From Wolbachia endosymbiont strain TRS of Brugia malayi (GTDB lineage Bacteria > Pseudomonadota > Alphaproteobacteria > Rickettsiales > Anaplasmataceae), in assembly GCF_000008385.1 (NCBI RefSeq), contig NC_006833.1, positions 480,001-512,000 on the forward strand: a stretch of DNA of 32,000 nucleotides. The letters are read 5' to 3'. The position numbers were made by a program, and so were the translations under genes. The notes below the pieces were generated by a model. It was not told where the DNA came from and ran no database searches. It saw only the letters and a program-made list of their open reading frames with translations. Positions 19,178 through 30,290 of this stretch are shown here, in pieces (the first letter of the stretch is position 1; every line of letters starts with the position of its first letter).

Positions 19178-21130
19178 ATGATGTCAACTATTAACAACTC
19201 AGAAGATAAGAAAAAAATCATCAGGGATCTTGTAACCAAAAGTATTAAAAAGGGTGGCTTTATCACTTTTGATGATATAAATGATAAACTGTCAGACGAA
19301 AATTTATCATCTGACTTTATAGATGATACTATATCTCTATTGCAAGACTCAGGAATCAACATACTTGAAAGTAGCGAAGACGAAGAAGAGGCTCCTTCCA
19401 ATAGTGATGATAGCAAACTTGATGATGACGACGCACTGTCGAATACCACCACAACCTTAGTACAAAATGACGACCCGGTAAGAGTTTATTTACAAGATAT
19501 GAGCTCCGTAAAGCTTTTATCAAGAACAGATGAAATTGAGATAGCAAAAAAAATTGAATCTGAAAAGCATAACATGTTGCGTGCAATCATTGAAACATCA
19601 GTAACACTAAAGATGATAAAAGCATGGCGCGATGATTTGAGCAGTGGATCTCTCTTACTGAGAGAAATTATAGACCTAGATGCAATTTATAACTCCGATT
19701 TTAATGCGATACCCAAAGAAGAGAGTGAAGAAAGTATTGAAGATGATAAGGATTCTGAGAACGTTTCTGAAGGCACCAAAGATGACGAATATTGTGAAGA
19801 TGATGAGATAGACAGTAAAAAAGGTAACGATGAGAAAGAAAATAGTAATGAAGATATAAATTCAGCAAATTTAAATGTTTCTATTCTTGAAATGGAAAAC
19901 GACTTATTGCCCAAGGTCATAGTTGCACTAGATGAGATAATTACTTTAGCAGATGAAGCATTGACATTAAGAAAAGATCCCTCTGGTGGATTAAGATATC
20001 AAAATTTATATGACCAAATATGGTCTATAGTGCTACAAATTAAGTTAAGTGACACTGCTGTCGCTAAAATCACACAAAAACTTTATAACATAAATAGGTC
20101 TATCATGCTTGAGGAAGCTAATCTTATTTCTGAAGCTAAAAAATACAATATTGATAGAGAAAGCTTCCTCAAAGTTTATGCTGACGTACTTTTAAGGTAC
20201 AAGTTAGAAGAAATTAGTTCTTTAAAATCCAGTGAAAACCAATTTTGTTTTACAGGTGAACTAAAAAACAAGTTTGTAAAGTTTATAGACGACAATTTTG
20301 AACATATAGCTGATACCTTGAACAATATTAAGCAACATATACAAGAAGATAATGTGCAAGAGTTTAAAGAGCTAATCAAGAGAACACAAAAACATGAACG
20401 AGAAGTCTCTGAAGCAAAGCAGGGAATGATTAAAGCCAATTTGAGGTTAGTAGTTTCCATAGCTAAAAAATATTCAAACAGAGGTCTCGCTCTGCTTGAT
20501 TTGATACAAGAAGGTAATATTGGTCTTATGAAGGCTGTGGATAAATTTGATTACAAACGTGGATACAAATTTTCAACCTATGGAACTTGGTGGGTAAGGC
20601 AATCAATTACTAGAGCAATACCTGAGCAATCTAAAGTAGTCAGAATACCAGTTCACATGGTAGAAATTATTAGCAAGATCAACAGAGCATTGAGAAAGTT
20701 AACTCATGAGATGGGAAGAGAGCCTACATTAGAGGAATTAAGTATGGAACTTGGAATGCCGCTGGAAAGAATACGCAAAGTTATGAAAATAGCAAGGGAT
20801 CCGGTAAGCCTTGACGCTCCAACAGGAAAAGACGATAGTAGTACTTTCGGTGACTGTATAGAAGATAAGCGAGTCTCAAAACCAGAAGATGCTGCAATAC
20901 TCACTGACTTGCGCTGCATTACGACTAACCTCCTTGCAACTTTAACACCGAAGGAAGAGAGAATTATTAGAATGCGCTTTGGCCTTGGTAAAGATTGCAA
21001 GGAACATACCTTAGAAGAAATAGGATGCATTTTTAAGGTAACACGTGAGAGAATTAGGCAAGTCGAGTCAAAAGCATTGCGCAAACTAAAACATCCATGC
21101 CGTGCTAGAAAGTTGAGAGGGTTCTTTTAG
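19178..21130 (+). CDS. rpoD: RNA polymerase primary sigma factor (sigma-70, RpoD)
   Basis: 650 aa: [88 protein letters not shown], and [49 protein letters not shown]. Confidence 0.98.
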   Translation: MMSTINNSEDKKKIIRDLVTKSIKKGGFITFDDINDKLSDENLSSDFIDDTISLLQDSGINILESSEDEEEAPSNSDDSKLDDDDALSNTTTTLVQNDDPVRVYLQDMSSVKLLSRTDEIEIAKKIESEKHNMLRAIIETSVTLKMIKAWRDDLSSGSLLLREIIDLDAIYNSDFNAIPKEESEESIEDDKDSENVSEGTKDDEYCEDDEIDSKKGNDEKENSNEDINSANLNVSILEMENDLLPKVIVALDEIITLADEALTLRKDPSGGLRYQNLYDQIWSIVLQIKLSDTAVAKITQKLYNINRSIMLEEANLISEAKKYNIDRESFLKVYADVLLRYKLEEISSLKSSENQFCFTGELKNKFVKFIDDNFEHIADTLNNIKQHIQEDNVQEFKELIKRTQKHEREVSEAKQGMIKANLRLVVSIAKKYSNRGLALLDLIQEGNIGLMKAVDKFDYKRGYKFSTYGTWWVRQSITRAIPEQSKVVRIPVHMVEIISKINRALRKLTHEMGREPTLEELSMELGMPLERIRKVMKIARDPVSLDAPTGKDDSSTFGDCIEDKRVSKPEDAAILTDLRCITTNLLATLTPKEERIIRMRFGLGKDCKEHTLEEIGCIFKVTRERIRQVESKALRKLKHPCRARKLRGFF

Positions 21131-21439
21131 AGAAATGTCAAATAATATAATGTGATCATTTTGGCACGAAGTAAAGAGAAGATGTAAGAGCTAGAAAACA
21201 ATAGATGGAAGATTTTGAACAGATACATTGTTTATCTACTTTTCCAGTGCCAACTTCCTACACTCTTACAGGTTCCAATTATAATGGAAAAGTCATATCG
21301 CTTATAATATAAAATATTTTTCTTGCAATTTTATTATTACCGCTCATTGTGCTTCTTTCATTTCTGCAGTAAACAAATCAATAATATTGGTACTCTACTT
21401 GTATAAGAACTTACCTAAGTAATCCATCTTACCTAAGAG

Positions 21440-22310
21440 ATTTCTTCCTTCTTCTCATTTTTTGTAGTTGCAGCATCGTTTAACAAAGCAGAGAACTGAT
21501 TTAATAGAGTTTCAGGTTTTGCCCCACATTCTAACAATAAACGTGATATTTCTTTTAGTTATTGACGACAGCAAAATATAAAGGAGAAATGTCACTTCTG
21601 CTTAAAATATTAGAGTTTGCATGACTATCAAAAAGTAATTTTACTATATAAACCCTATTGTTTAAAACAGCATTATGCAGTGGAGTTGTTAGATTCATCC
21701 AGCTTCTGATATTAGGTTCTGCGCCCCCATCTAACAATAACTTTACAATGTTAACATTGCCACCTTTAACAGTGAGATGTAATGCTGAAAGACCATCTTT
21801 ATCCCTTATATTAACTCGATCTAGTATTTTAGATAAAGAACTACCTTTTATCGCATTAAGTATATGATTGTTTTCATTTACATATAAGGCAACACTTGTT
21901 CGAAATTGACTAATTAGTAAAGTTTTTTTGCGCCAAAACGACAATTTACTGAGCCATGATGGACTTGGTCTTATGTTTGTTATAAGCCCATAGCTAGTAC
22001 TATGATCTAACAATGACTTAAATATTCTAACAGTTCTCTATCTGGGAGTTTAGCAAAAACATCTTATAAGTTTTTATTTTTAAATTCAAAACAGTTCAAG
22101 TATTTTGCAAGATAATTAATCTTTAAATATTAAGCGCTACCCTTAATGGACTGACTACCCTAGAGGTGCACATCTTGGCTATAAGATTTGCATCACTATT
22201 CAGCAAAAGTTCAGCTATATTTTCTGACCATATTGTACTATGATAAATAACGATTAAGCCATATAAGGCAGTATAGAGCCTAGTTTTTCGTTAAGTTGAC
22301 GTTAAAACTC
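21440..22310 (-). pseudogene. ankyrin-repeat protein, frameshifted
   Basis: The 152-aa ORF (21555..22013) contains DGLSALHLTVKGGNVNIVKLLLDGGAEPNIRSWMNLTTPLHNAVLNNRVYIVKLLFDSHANSNILSRSDISPLYFAVVNN. Further ANK-like sequence lies in other frames on both sides: ISRLLLECGAKPETLLNQ downstream, and IAELLLNSDANLIAKM upstream. Confidence 0.82.
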
Positions 22311-22618
22311 TCCAATATAGCCGTTGTTTACCTTAATGACTTGTTCTGCTAAATCTATAATTTTACCTCACATGTTTTAAAACTATTATCAACTATTAAT
22401 ATCCACTAATTCTGCTTGGCTGCTTACTATACTTATGTTACCCTGAAGAGCAGGATTTGGATATGCTTATCCTCTTTTATGTATCTTAATACCATACTTT
22501 CATGTGCACCTTTAGAAGCTAATAGAGTTTAAGTGTAATCTCAATAATATATGTAAGTCAATAGACCTTTTTCGAAGCTTAAATTGACAATTTATGATCG
22601 CAAATTCTTATCAGTATA

Positions 22619-22960
22619 AGAATGCAAAAAATTACTTGACAAGCTTTATCAGCCTCCTTATTATAGCACTTAAGCTATTTATTTATCTTTGTAATCATGC
22701 AGGTTAGTGACAAAAGGCTTAGGGTATTTAGTATCTTATGTTTAATTTTTTGCACTATATGTACCTTGTGTCTTCACAATATTTCTAAGTTTTTACCCAT
22801 ATAAGCTGAAATACGCTTACAAAGTATTTAAGACAGTATAAAATGCCAATTTGCATGATTAGAGAGTAAACACTATTTACTATAGAATATCTTTTCCCTT
22901 TTTTTACTTAGTAAATTTCTTAGATATTTGTAGCTGAAGCGTTTAAGGGCAAACAAAATG
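22619..22960 (+). repeat. dispersed intergenic element, copy C
   Basis: aatgcaaaaaattacttgacaag...cttattatagcac...cttatgtttaattttttgcactatatgtaccttgtgtcttcacaatatttctaagtttttacccatataagctgaa...tttaagacagtataaaatgccaatttgcatgattagagagtaaacactat. Confidence 0.87.
22636..22664 (+). promoter_or_regulatory. promoter-like module inside repeat copy C (TTGACA-N17-TATTAT)
   Basis: ttgaca at 22636-22641, 17-nt spacer, TATTAT at 22659-22664. The equivalent module in copy E is TTGACA-N17-TATCAT (10131 to 10103, minus strand). Confidence 0.45.
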
Positions 22961-23365
22961 GTGTTATGCCAACCATGACGTTGGAATGACTTTGTTAATC
23001 ACCAGCTATGGTGATTAAAGACAAGAAAGGTGAAGAATATTAGTAACTTGTCATTCTCTTAATTTATAATAAGAATGCTCAGTAAATACCTAATTTGAGT
23101 AAAAGAAATTTCACTATCATTCACTAATTTGGCTAAAATTCAATAATTTCAACACTTTAGCTATTTTAAATAGAATCAAATTTATTAATATAAATAATAA
23201 ATTACTATTCTTAAATTTGATCAGATTGATTGCAAAAAAAATAAGATTTTTAATAATTTGCTTATAATTCTAACTATAGTTAATCTTTCATAGATAGTGA
23301 TGCAACAAAGCTATTCCACTAGCGGAGGTAAAATTGAGCTAGCTCTCCACTAAGTACTTGTGAGG

Positions 23366-26044
23366 CTATTTAATAACTTGCTTTAAAATCTCCTCTTGTT
23401 GCTGAGCATGGACACTAGCGTAACCACATGCAGGAGATGCAGCAGCAGGTCTTGTGATGCACTTAAGCCTTTTTGCTTGAATATTGAGGCCAAGTAATAC
23501 CTCCTCTATTAATGGGTTGACAAAAAACCATCCTCCCATATTTTTTGGCTCTTCTTGACACCATATAATTTCAGCGTTTTCATATTTTTCAAGTTCAATG
23601 CTTAGCTTATCAGCAGGAAATGGATAAAATTGCTCCAATCGTACCACTGCTATATCGTTTATTTTTTGTACTTCACATGCCTCAATTATGTCGTAATAAA
23701 CTTTACCACCGCATATTATAACTTTACGCATTTTGTCATCTAAAACTAAATTCTTCCTATATTCTGGAATTATCGTAAGGAATCCACCTTTAAAGTCAGA
23801 TAGATTAGAAACTGCTCTTTTATGACGCAATAGCGATTTAGGTGTAAACACTATCAAAGGTTTACGGAAGTCTCGATGAATTTGCCTGCGTAAAACATGA
23901 AAGTAATTCGCTGGAGTAGAGCAATTAACTACTTGCATATTATCTTCCGCGCAGAGTTGTAAAAACCTCTCTATACGCGCAGAGCTATGCTCAGGTCCCT
24001 GACCTTCATAGCCATGAGGCAGCAATAAAACCAAACCACTTGATCGTAACCACTTTGTTTCTGCAGACGCAATAAACTGGTCGATCATAATTTGTGCACC
24101 ATTCGCAAAATCACCAAACTGTCCTTCCCAAAGCACCAGTGAATATGGAGAATCAAGGCTATATCCATACTCAAAGCCCATCACAGCATACTCTGATAAA
24201 GCGCTATCTATGACTTCAAAGTGAGCTTGCTCTTTATTTATATTGTTCAGTGGAATAAATGCTTCTTCTGTCACCTGATCAACAAGCCTTGAATGGCGGT
24301 GTGAGAAAGTACCTCGACCGGAGTCCTGTCCTGACAGACGCACACCTATTCCTTCTGTGAGCAATGATGCAAATGCAAGACTTTCAGCCGTTGCCCAGTC
24401 TATATTGTTACCGGAATTTATATTCTCTATTCTTCCATCAAGTATTTTTCTTACTTTATTGTTGATATTAAAACTGCTTGGAATATTGCTATTTATGAGT
24501 ACACCTAGCTTTTTCAGCTCACTTTGTGAGGCACCAGAATCTGTATAATATTCGTTCAGATTATTCAACTTTGCCCTTCTTAATTTTGACCACACTCCAT
24601 TGAACCAGTCAGCTTTTTTGGGAGCGTAAGCCACTGATTCAGTAAGACTTTTATCCAATCTTGCCCTGAACTTACTGCGTAATTTATCTACTTCGTCACC
24701 ACTTAGTACTTTATCTGCAGTCAACTTTTCTTCATATAGCGTTCCTGGAGTTTTATGATTTGATATTATTTTATACATGAGCGGCTGGGTAAAATTAGGC
24801 TCATCTCCTTCATTATGGCCATATTTGCGGTAGCATATTATGTCAATCACCACGTCTTTCTTAAATTTCTGCCTATATTCCATTGCCAGACCTGCAACAA
24901 AATTTACAGCTTCAGGACTATCTCCACTTACGTGAAACACTGGGGCTTCTATAGATTTAATTACGTCAGTGCAATAAGAAGATGACCGTGCACAGCATGG
25001 ATTAGCAGTAAAACCAACTTGGTTATTAATGACAACGTGTACAATACCATCTACTTTATATCCTTCAATATTGCTCAAGGTCAGGGTTTCGCCAACCACC
25101 CCTTGACCGATAAAAGCTGCATCACCATGAATTGATATTCCAAGTACAGATCTTATTTTTTGTTTTGCTCTGATTCTTCCAATCAGAACTGGATTGATCG
25201 CTTCAAGGTGAGATGGATTAGGGCACAAACTTAAATGTATTGTCTTACCATCAGCAAGCGTTCGATCAGAAGAATAACCAAGGTGATATTTAACATCACC
25301 AGACACTTCAAGATCACTTGGATATGCAAGATTACCTTGAAATTCAGATAACATTGCTGCATATTCTTTTTCCATAACTTTGGTTAGAACGTTAAGCCGT
25401 CCGCGATGAGCCATACCAAGAACTATTTCCTCAATACCAAAAGTCGTGGAATCACTAATAATTCTCTCAATTGCAACAATAGCTGACTCCCCACCTTCAA
25501 TAGAAAAACGCTTATGTCCAGGAAATTTCGTATGGAGAAATTGTTCGAACATCTCAGATTCGATTAAGTGTCTGAGTATTTCCTTTTTATCTTGCAAGCT
25601 CAGCTTGTAAGTTTGATTTTCGATCTTTTCCTGCAGCCATATTCTCTCCTCATAAGAGGAAATATGCATAAATTCAAAACCGATGTCTTTGCAGTAAATA
25701 TCTCTATAGATTCCGGCATCATGCGCTGTAGAGAGATTTGAATATTTCTGATAATTTATTTCTTCACTTACATTTGACGACAATGGATTAAGATCTGCAA
25801 AAAAGTGACCATAAGATCTAAAAAAATTTGCCACCGAATCATCTGCCTTGGCCACATGCTGCACAGCACAGGGTTCTGCTTTATTAACTTCTAAATTGCT
25901 TGAAAAAATTCTGTACCAATCCTCCCCGATTGACTTGTCACCCTGCAGATAACGGTTATACATTTCTTCTACAAATTCCACATTATCACCATAAAGGCAG
26001 GAGCTACTTCTCAAATCTAGCATAATCACTATAAAAGGTATCAA
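23366..26044 (-). CDS. sucA: 2-oxoglutarate dehydrogenase E1 component
   Basis: 892 aa: GSIGEDWYRIFSS equivalent near the N-terminus, GIEEIVLGMAHRGRLNVL, VKYHLGYSSDR, LSLCPNPSHLEAINPVLIGRIRAKQ, VINNQVGFTANP, GHNEGDEPNFTQPLMYKII, and the transketolase C-terminal domain. Confidence 0.98.
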   Translation of the reverse strand: MIPFIVIMLDLRSSSCLYGDNVEFVEEMYNRYLQGDKSIGEDWYRIFSSNLEVNKAEPCAVQHVAKADDSVANFFRSYGHFFADLNPLSSNVSEEINYQKYSNLSTAHDAGIYRDIYCKDIGFEFMHISSYEERIWLQEKIENQTYKLSLQDKKEILRHLIESEMFEQFLHTKFPGHKRFSIEGGESAIVAIERIISDSTTFGIEEIVLGMAHRGRLNVLTKVMEKEYAAMLSEFQGNLAYPSDLEVSGDVKYHLGYSSDRTLADGKTIHLSLCPNPSHLEAINPVLIGRIRAKQKIRSVLGISIHGDAAFIGQGVVGETLTLSNIEGYKVDGIVHVVINNQVGFTANPCCARSSSYCTDVIKSIEAPVFHVSGDSPEAVNFVAGLAMEYRQKFKKDVVIDIICYRKYGHNEGDEPNFTQPLMYKIISNHKTPGTLYEEKLTADKVLSGDEVDKLRSKFRARLDKSLTESVAYAPKKADWFNGVWSKLRRAKLNNLNEYYTDSGASQSELKKLGVLINSNIPSSFNINNKVRKILDGRIENINSGNNIDWATAESLAFASLLTEGIGVRLSGQDSGRGTFSHRHSRLVDQVTEEAFIPLNNINKEQAHFEVIDSALSEYAVMGFEYGYSLDSPYSLVLWEGQFGDFANGAQIMIDQFIASAETKWLRSSGLVLLLPHGYEGQGPEHSSARIERFLQLCAEDNMQVVNCSTPANYFHVLRRQIHRDFRKPLIVFTPKSLLRHKRAVSNLSDFKGGFLTIIPEYRKNLVLDDKMRKVIICGGKVYYDIIEACEVQKINDIAVVRLEQFYPFPADKLSIELEKYENAEIIWCQEEPKNMGGWFFVNPLIEEVLLGLNIQAKRLKCITRPAAASPACGYASVHAQQQEEILKQVIK

Positions 26045-26124
26045 ATACTTATAAGTATAACTTAAGTTTTTTAAAAAAGAACTTTTTTGATACCCGCGAA
26101 TTAAGTCATTACATTATCAGTTCT

Positions 26125-26346
26125 TTAAGGATTGCCTTCAGCATTTAGCTTAACATTATTTACTAATTTTTCAGTAATAACTTCAGCAAACTCAGGAGAA
26201 GGTTCTTTTATTTTTGCAAAAAATGCAGCCTGTATGGCATTTTTAACAAAGAAATACGCGGCAAATGCAAATACTACTGTCGGTATATAGCACCAGGGAG
26301 GAGCTATACTAAACAAAGTAGCAGAAGCTCTACCATTAAGCAACAA
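26125..26346 (-). CDS. small possible membrane protein, unknown function
   Basis: 73-aa ORF with one hydrophobic segment (CYIPTVVFAFAAYFFVKNAIQAAFFA). ORF only. Confidence 0.3.
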   Translation of the reverse strand: MLLNGRASATLFSIAPPWCYIPTVVFAFAAYFFVKNAIQAAFFAKIKEPSPEFAEVITEKLVNNVKLNAEGNP

Positions 26347-26479
26347 CGAGAAAGACCAGCTTAGCTAATAATATAGCGTCTATCCACACTACCATATTCA
26401 GCCATCAACTTTTTAACTTTGTCATTGTTGCTGTGCGACAAAACAAGTGCCTTAATGCAATTTATTATCTCACTATTAG

Positions 26480-26800
26480 CGAAATATGGAGTGTGTTCTA
26501 TGACCTCCTCACGTAGTAACCTTTTGCATGATGATCGGCTGTATTAGGATCATCACCATATTTTAAAAGTAATTTTGCAATTTCATAGAACTTATCATGT
26601 GCAGCTACATCTAATGGAGCAAGACTATATACTCGTGTATTAGGGTCAGCACCGTACTCTAAAAGTAGTTTTATAATATTACCATATATGATAATTCCGT
26701 GATAACATAATAAAGTATACTCACGAAATATTTTTATGTTAGGGTTAGCGCCATTCTCTAATGCAGGTTTGCAAGATCAATATTATATGAATTGATAGCA
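26480..26800 (-). pseudogene. ankyrin-repeat gene remnant
   Basis: Minus-strand fragments ALENGANPNIKIF, IIKLLLEYGADPNTRVYSLAPLDVAAHDKFYEIAKLLLKYGDDPNTADHHAK in shifted frames. Confidence 0.8.
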
Positions 26801-26999
26801 GCATCCGACGGCAAGTGATCCTGTATACACATTTCGTTAATGTAATTACTAAATTTTTCATCTTTACTGCTCTTGAAATTAAAAAGAGCTTTTTAAGAAA
26901 TCCTGTATCTTGATTGAAGAGAGGCGTATGTAAGCAAAATTTTAGACTTAGATAGAGCTAACTCTATCTAAGTCTTCGTCATGGAGTAGCATGACCTCT

Positions 27000-27199
27000 T
27001 TTGCACCTGTTCCAGCAAGAAGCTTATATGCGCTTGTAACTGTTAAAATTTCTCTTCGACTTTTTTAAGTTCTTCCTGTTCTTTATCTGAGTTTTTGTCT
27101 CGATGATACTGAAGAGCTAGTGTATTACGTACTTTTCTGATGTCTTCTTCACTGGGGTTACTTTAAGCCTAATATTTTTAAAGCTTCTTCTTCATTCAT
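27000..27199 (-). pseudogene. degraded J-domain (DnaJ-like) protein
   Basis: With one frameshift and one in-frame stop: MNEEEALKILGLK(fs)NPSEEDIRKVRNTLALQYHRDKNSDKEQEELKKVEEKF*, followed in another frame by SAYKLLAG. HRD stands at the HPD position. Confidence 0.6.
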
Positions 27200-27350
27200 A
27201 ATAACTACCTCTACTAATAGTGAATTATACTCTAGTATAACTAAAAAGTCCAAGAAAGTCTAATCTTTTATGTTAACACTGCTATAACTATTTAAGTCTA
27301 CCAGGGAGGCAAGTAGTTCCTAGTAAAAATTGATTAATTTCTTAACCAAA

Positions 27351-27465
27351 TTAAAAAAGACAAAAGAAATCCCGCAGCAGCTATTTATCCACTATCATTT
27401 TACCAGTTGGCGTTTTTTAATGTTTTTAAGCACCTAGTAGGCGCGATTTACAGCACTAGTTGGTA
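27351..27465 (-). repeat. second small repeat module next to copy F
   Basis: aaaaaagacaaaagaaatcccgcag...ccagttggcgttttttaatgtttttaagcacctagtaggcgcgatttacagcactagttg resembles the reverse complement of about 30592..30717. Confidence 0.55.
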
Positions 27466-27469
27466 ATGT

Positions 27470-27640
27470 GAACAACAATGTAAAAGACATGAGGTACATG
27501 TAATGCAAGAAATTAAACATGAGATGTCAGATATGTTAAGTTTTTTTGTTGTTTAATCTGTAAAGAGAAGATAAATAATTAGCTTTAGTGCTATTGATAA
27601 AAGGGCTAGCGAGGTTTATCAAGTAATTTCAGTCCCGTTT
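27470..27640 (-). repeat. dispersed intergenic element, copy F (reverse, diverged/truncated)
   Basis: + strand aagacatgaggtacatgtaatgcaagaaattaaacatgagatg...tgtttaatctgtaaag...gggctagcgaggtttatcaagtaatttc is the reverse complement of the element blocks. Confidence 0.7.
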
Positions 27641-27715
27641 CTATGGCTTAAAAAATTCGTCACGTGCTGGAATGACGAGAAGAACACTAAAAATTTCCAT
27701 GTTTATGGCAACTTC

Positions 27716-29602
27716 TTACCTACGCTCAAACAATTTTTCTATATCACTTAGTTTCATTTCTATATGAGTTGGTCTTCCGTGGTTGCATTGCCCAGAATAT
27801 GGTGTTTCTTCCATTTGCCTCAGCAACACATTCATCTCTTCCAATTTCATTGTCCTGCCTGCTCTAATTGACCCATGACAAGCAATAGTGGCCAATATTT
27901 TGTTCACTTTATCTTCTATTGGCAACATATCTTCTATTTCCATCAATCTATCGACTATATCAATTAGCATCTCTTTTACATCTATTGTTCCCAAAATTGC
28001 AGGGATTTCTTTTACTATAACCTTGTTTTCTGAGTTGATTTGAATATCAAAACCCATTTCGAAAAGCTTATCCTTATAGACTTCAACCATCTCCATTCCA
28101 GCTTGATTTTTGATTTCAACTACCTCAGAAAGAAGTAGTTTTTGTCTTTTTATACTTGATTTTTGTTTTAAGCATTCATACACTAACCTTTCATGGGCTG
28201 CATGCTGGTCAACTATAATCAATTTGCCTCTAGCCTCAGCAATAATATAAGTGTTATAGACCTGACAGCGTGCAAACCCTAGAGGATGGTTTTCTATTAA
28301 ATCAATTTGCTCTCTCTCTAGAACCACAGTTTTCGCTTGTGACAAGGATTTTTGTATACCTGAATCAAACAATACTGATCGTTCTGACAAGTCTTTCTTT
28401 CCTACACTTGGTGAGTTGGATTCTTTCATTAGCCGATTTTCAAAAGGATTTGGTCTCCTTTCATACAATTCTCTTTCACTTTTTGTTTCTCTGCTTTTTC
28501 CATTATTAATATGGTTATCATTTCCTTGACTTTCACTAACATCAAAAGGTAAACCACTCGTTTCCTTTCCAATACCTTGACACCTAGACCTATCAATATT
28601 ACTCACTGCAGAGTTACCTGTTCTTGTTGATAATGCCTTAATTAACCCTCTTCTCACTATTTCATATATCAGCCTCTTATTTTGAAATCTCACTTCCGAT
28701 TTATTTGGGTGCACATTCACATCTATTTGATCGTATGGTATTTCTAAATGCAACGTTGCAAAAGGATACCTATTGCTTGGAATAAAGTCGTGATATGCGT
28801 AACGAATCGCACTAACAAGTAAATTATCTTTTATCGGCCTTCCATTTACAAATGTATAGATCATATCAGACTTACCTCGATTGACCGTCGGTTTACAGAT
28901 GTGTCCTGTTAGTCTGACACCGTCCTCTTCTTCATTAATTTCTAGAGAATTGTCTTGAAATTCTTCTTCTACTTCACATAATCTACTAAATAACGAAGTC
29001 TGCTTAGCATATTTTAGAGGTTTCTTACTACCAGAAGTGAGAGTAAACCCAATACTATAATTGATCATAGCTAAGTTATTCACAATGTCAACAATGCTTT
29101 GAATTTCTGCCCTTTCGGTTTTTAGAAATTTTAGTCTATTGGGAGTGGCAAAAAACAGATCACGGACCTCAATATGTGTACCTTGTGGTAAAGAGTAAGG
29201 AATAAGTTCACCTATTTTTTCTCCACCTTCATAACTTATAGACCAAGCTTCACTTGCTCCATTTGCCTTAGATGATAGCTTAATTCTACTCACTGCTGCA
29301 ATTGAAGACAGAGCTTCTCCTCTGAAGCCAAGATGCTTGATTTCTATTAATTCACTATCACTCAATTTTGAAGTAGCATGGCGCATAAAAGCAAGCTCTA
29401 AATCGCTCTTTTCTATTCCACCTCCATCATCCGTGATAGTAATAAGGTTACACCCACCACTTTCTATTTTTATCTCTATTTCCGAGCTTCCAGCATCTAT
29501 TGCATTCTCAACTAATTCCTTGACTACACTAGCTGGCCTTTCTATAACCTCCCCTGCAGCTATACGATTTATGGTTTTTGTATCTAAAAGAATTATTGCC
29601 AT
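27716..29602 (-). CDS. mutL: DNA mismatch repair endonuclease MutL
   Basis: 628 aa: [105 protein letters not shown]. Confidence 0.98.
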   Translation of the reverse strand: MAIILLDTKTINRIAAGEVIERPASVVKELVENAIDAGSSEIEIKIESGGCNLITITDDGGGIEKSDLELAFMRHATSKLSDSELIEIKHLGFRGEALSSIAAVSRIKLSSKANGASEAWSISYEGGEKIGELIPYSLPQGTHIEVRDLFFATPNRLKFLKTERAEIQSIVDIVNNLAMINYSIGFTLTSGSKKPLKYAKQTSLFSRLCEVEEEFQDNSLEINEEEDGVRLTGHICKPTVNRGKSDMIYTFVNGRPIKDNLLVSAIRYAYHDFIPSNRYPFATLHLEIPYDQIDVNVHPNKSEVRFQNKRLIYEIVRRGLIKALSTRTGNSAVSNIDRSRCQGIGKETSGLPFDVSESQGNDNHINNGKSRETKSERELYERRPNPFENRLMKESNSPSVGKKDLSERSVLFDSGIQKSLSQAKTVVLEREQIDLIENHPLGFARCQVYNTYIIAEARGKLIIVDQHAAHERLVYECLKQKSSIKRQKLLLSEVVEIKNQAGMEMVEVYKDKLFEMGFDIQINSENKVIVKEIPAILGTIDVKEMLIDIVDRLMEIEDMLPIEDKVNKILATIACHGSIRAGRTMKLEEMNVLLRQMEETPYSGQCNHGRPTHIEMKLSDIEKLFERR

Positions 29603-29606
29603 AAAT

Positions 29607-30110
29607 TTACTGTGATGCTGGTTTTTCCTTTACTACTTCGGTCTGTTCCTTTCTCCATTTTTTTAACCTATCAGCAATTTCACTGTTAGAAATTGACAGT
29701 ACAGATGCAGCAGCAATTGCTGCATTATAAGCCCCACTTTCTCCTATAGACATTGTTGCAACCGGCACACCCTTTGGCATTTGTACTATAGATAACAGAC
29801 TATCCAGCCCATTTAACTGTTTACTATGTACAGGAACACCGATAACGGGTAAACAAGTGAGCGATGCAACCATACCAGGTAAATGAGCTGCTCCTCCCGC
29901 ACCGGCTATAATAACTCTAAAGCCTTTTTCTTGTGCAGACTGAGCAAAATTGAAGAGCCTTTCTGGTGTTCTATGTGCAGATATTATAAACACGTCATGC
30001 AAAATTCCTAATTCTGTTAACATATCAACAGCATGAATCATAGTGCTATAGTCTGATTCACTTCCCATAATTACAGCAACATCTTTTTTTATTTCCGCCA
30101 TATTCAACAT
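29607..30110 (-). CDS. purE: 5-(carboxyamino)imidazole ribonucleotide mutase
   Basis: 167 aa: [78 protein letters not shown]. Four nt from mutL, likely the same operon. Confidence 0.97.
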   Translation of the reverse strand: MLNMAEIKKDVAVIMGSESDYSTMIHAVDMLTELGILHDVFIISAHRTPERLFNFAQSAQEKGFRVIIAGAGGAAHLPGMVASLTCLPVIGVPVHSKQLNGLDSLLSIVQMPKGVPVATMSIGESGAYNAAIAAASVLSISNSEIADRLKKWRKEQTEVVKEKPASQ

Positions 30111-30290
30111 AACTTTCTTACTAACTAAATAGTGTTTCAGCTAAAAAGCAACAAATATTTGAATCATACTGTGAATATAGTGTATGACATAAAACCCTCC
30201 CTTTAAATAGAAATTTCAAATAAGCATTCGCATTAGAGCACACAAATGTGCAAACATTGTAATTTTAGGGACCAGTAGCTCACAGAAACA

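Noticed and set aside
19162-21084. Minus-strand ORFs inside rpoD, e.g. the serine-rich [16 protein letters not shown]...
   Set aside because: Complement of the Asp/Glu-rich rpoD coding region.
21440-27199. A multi-gene defence or toxin system formed by the ankyrin and J-domain pieces
   Set aside because: All pieces are frameshifted, separated by intact sucA and share no operon structure. They are better explained as independent gene decay.
27981-29615. Plus-strand ORFs 28270..28509 and 29337..29615
   Set aside because: Antisense to mutL, no support.
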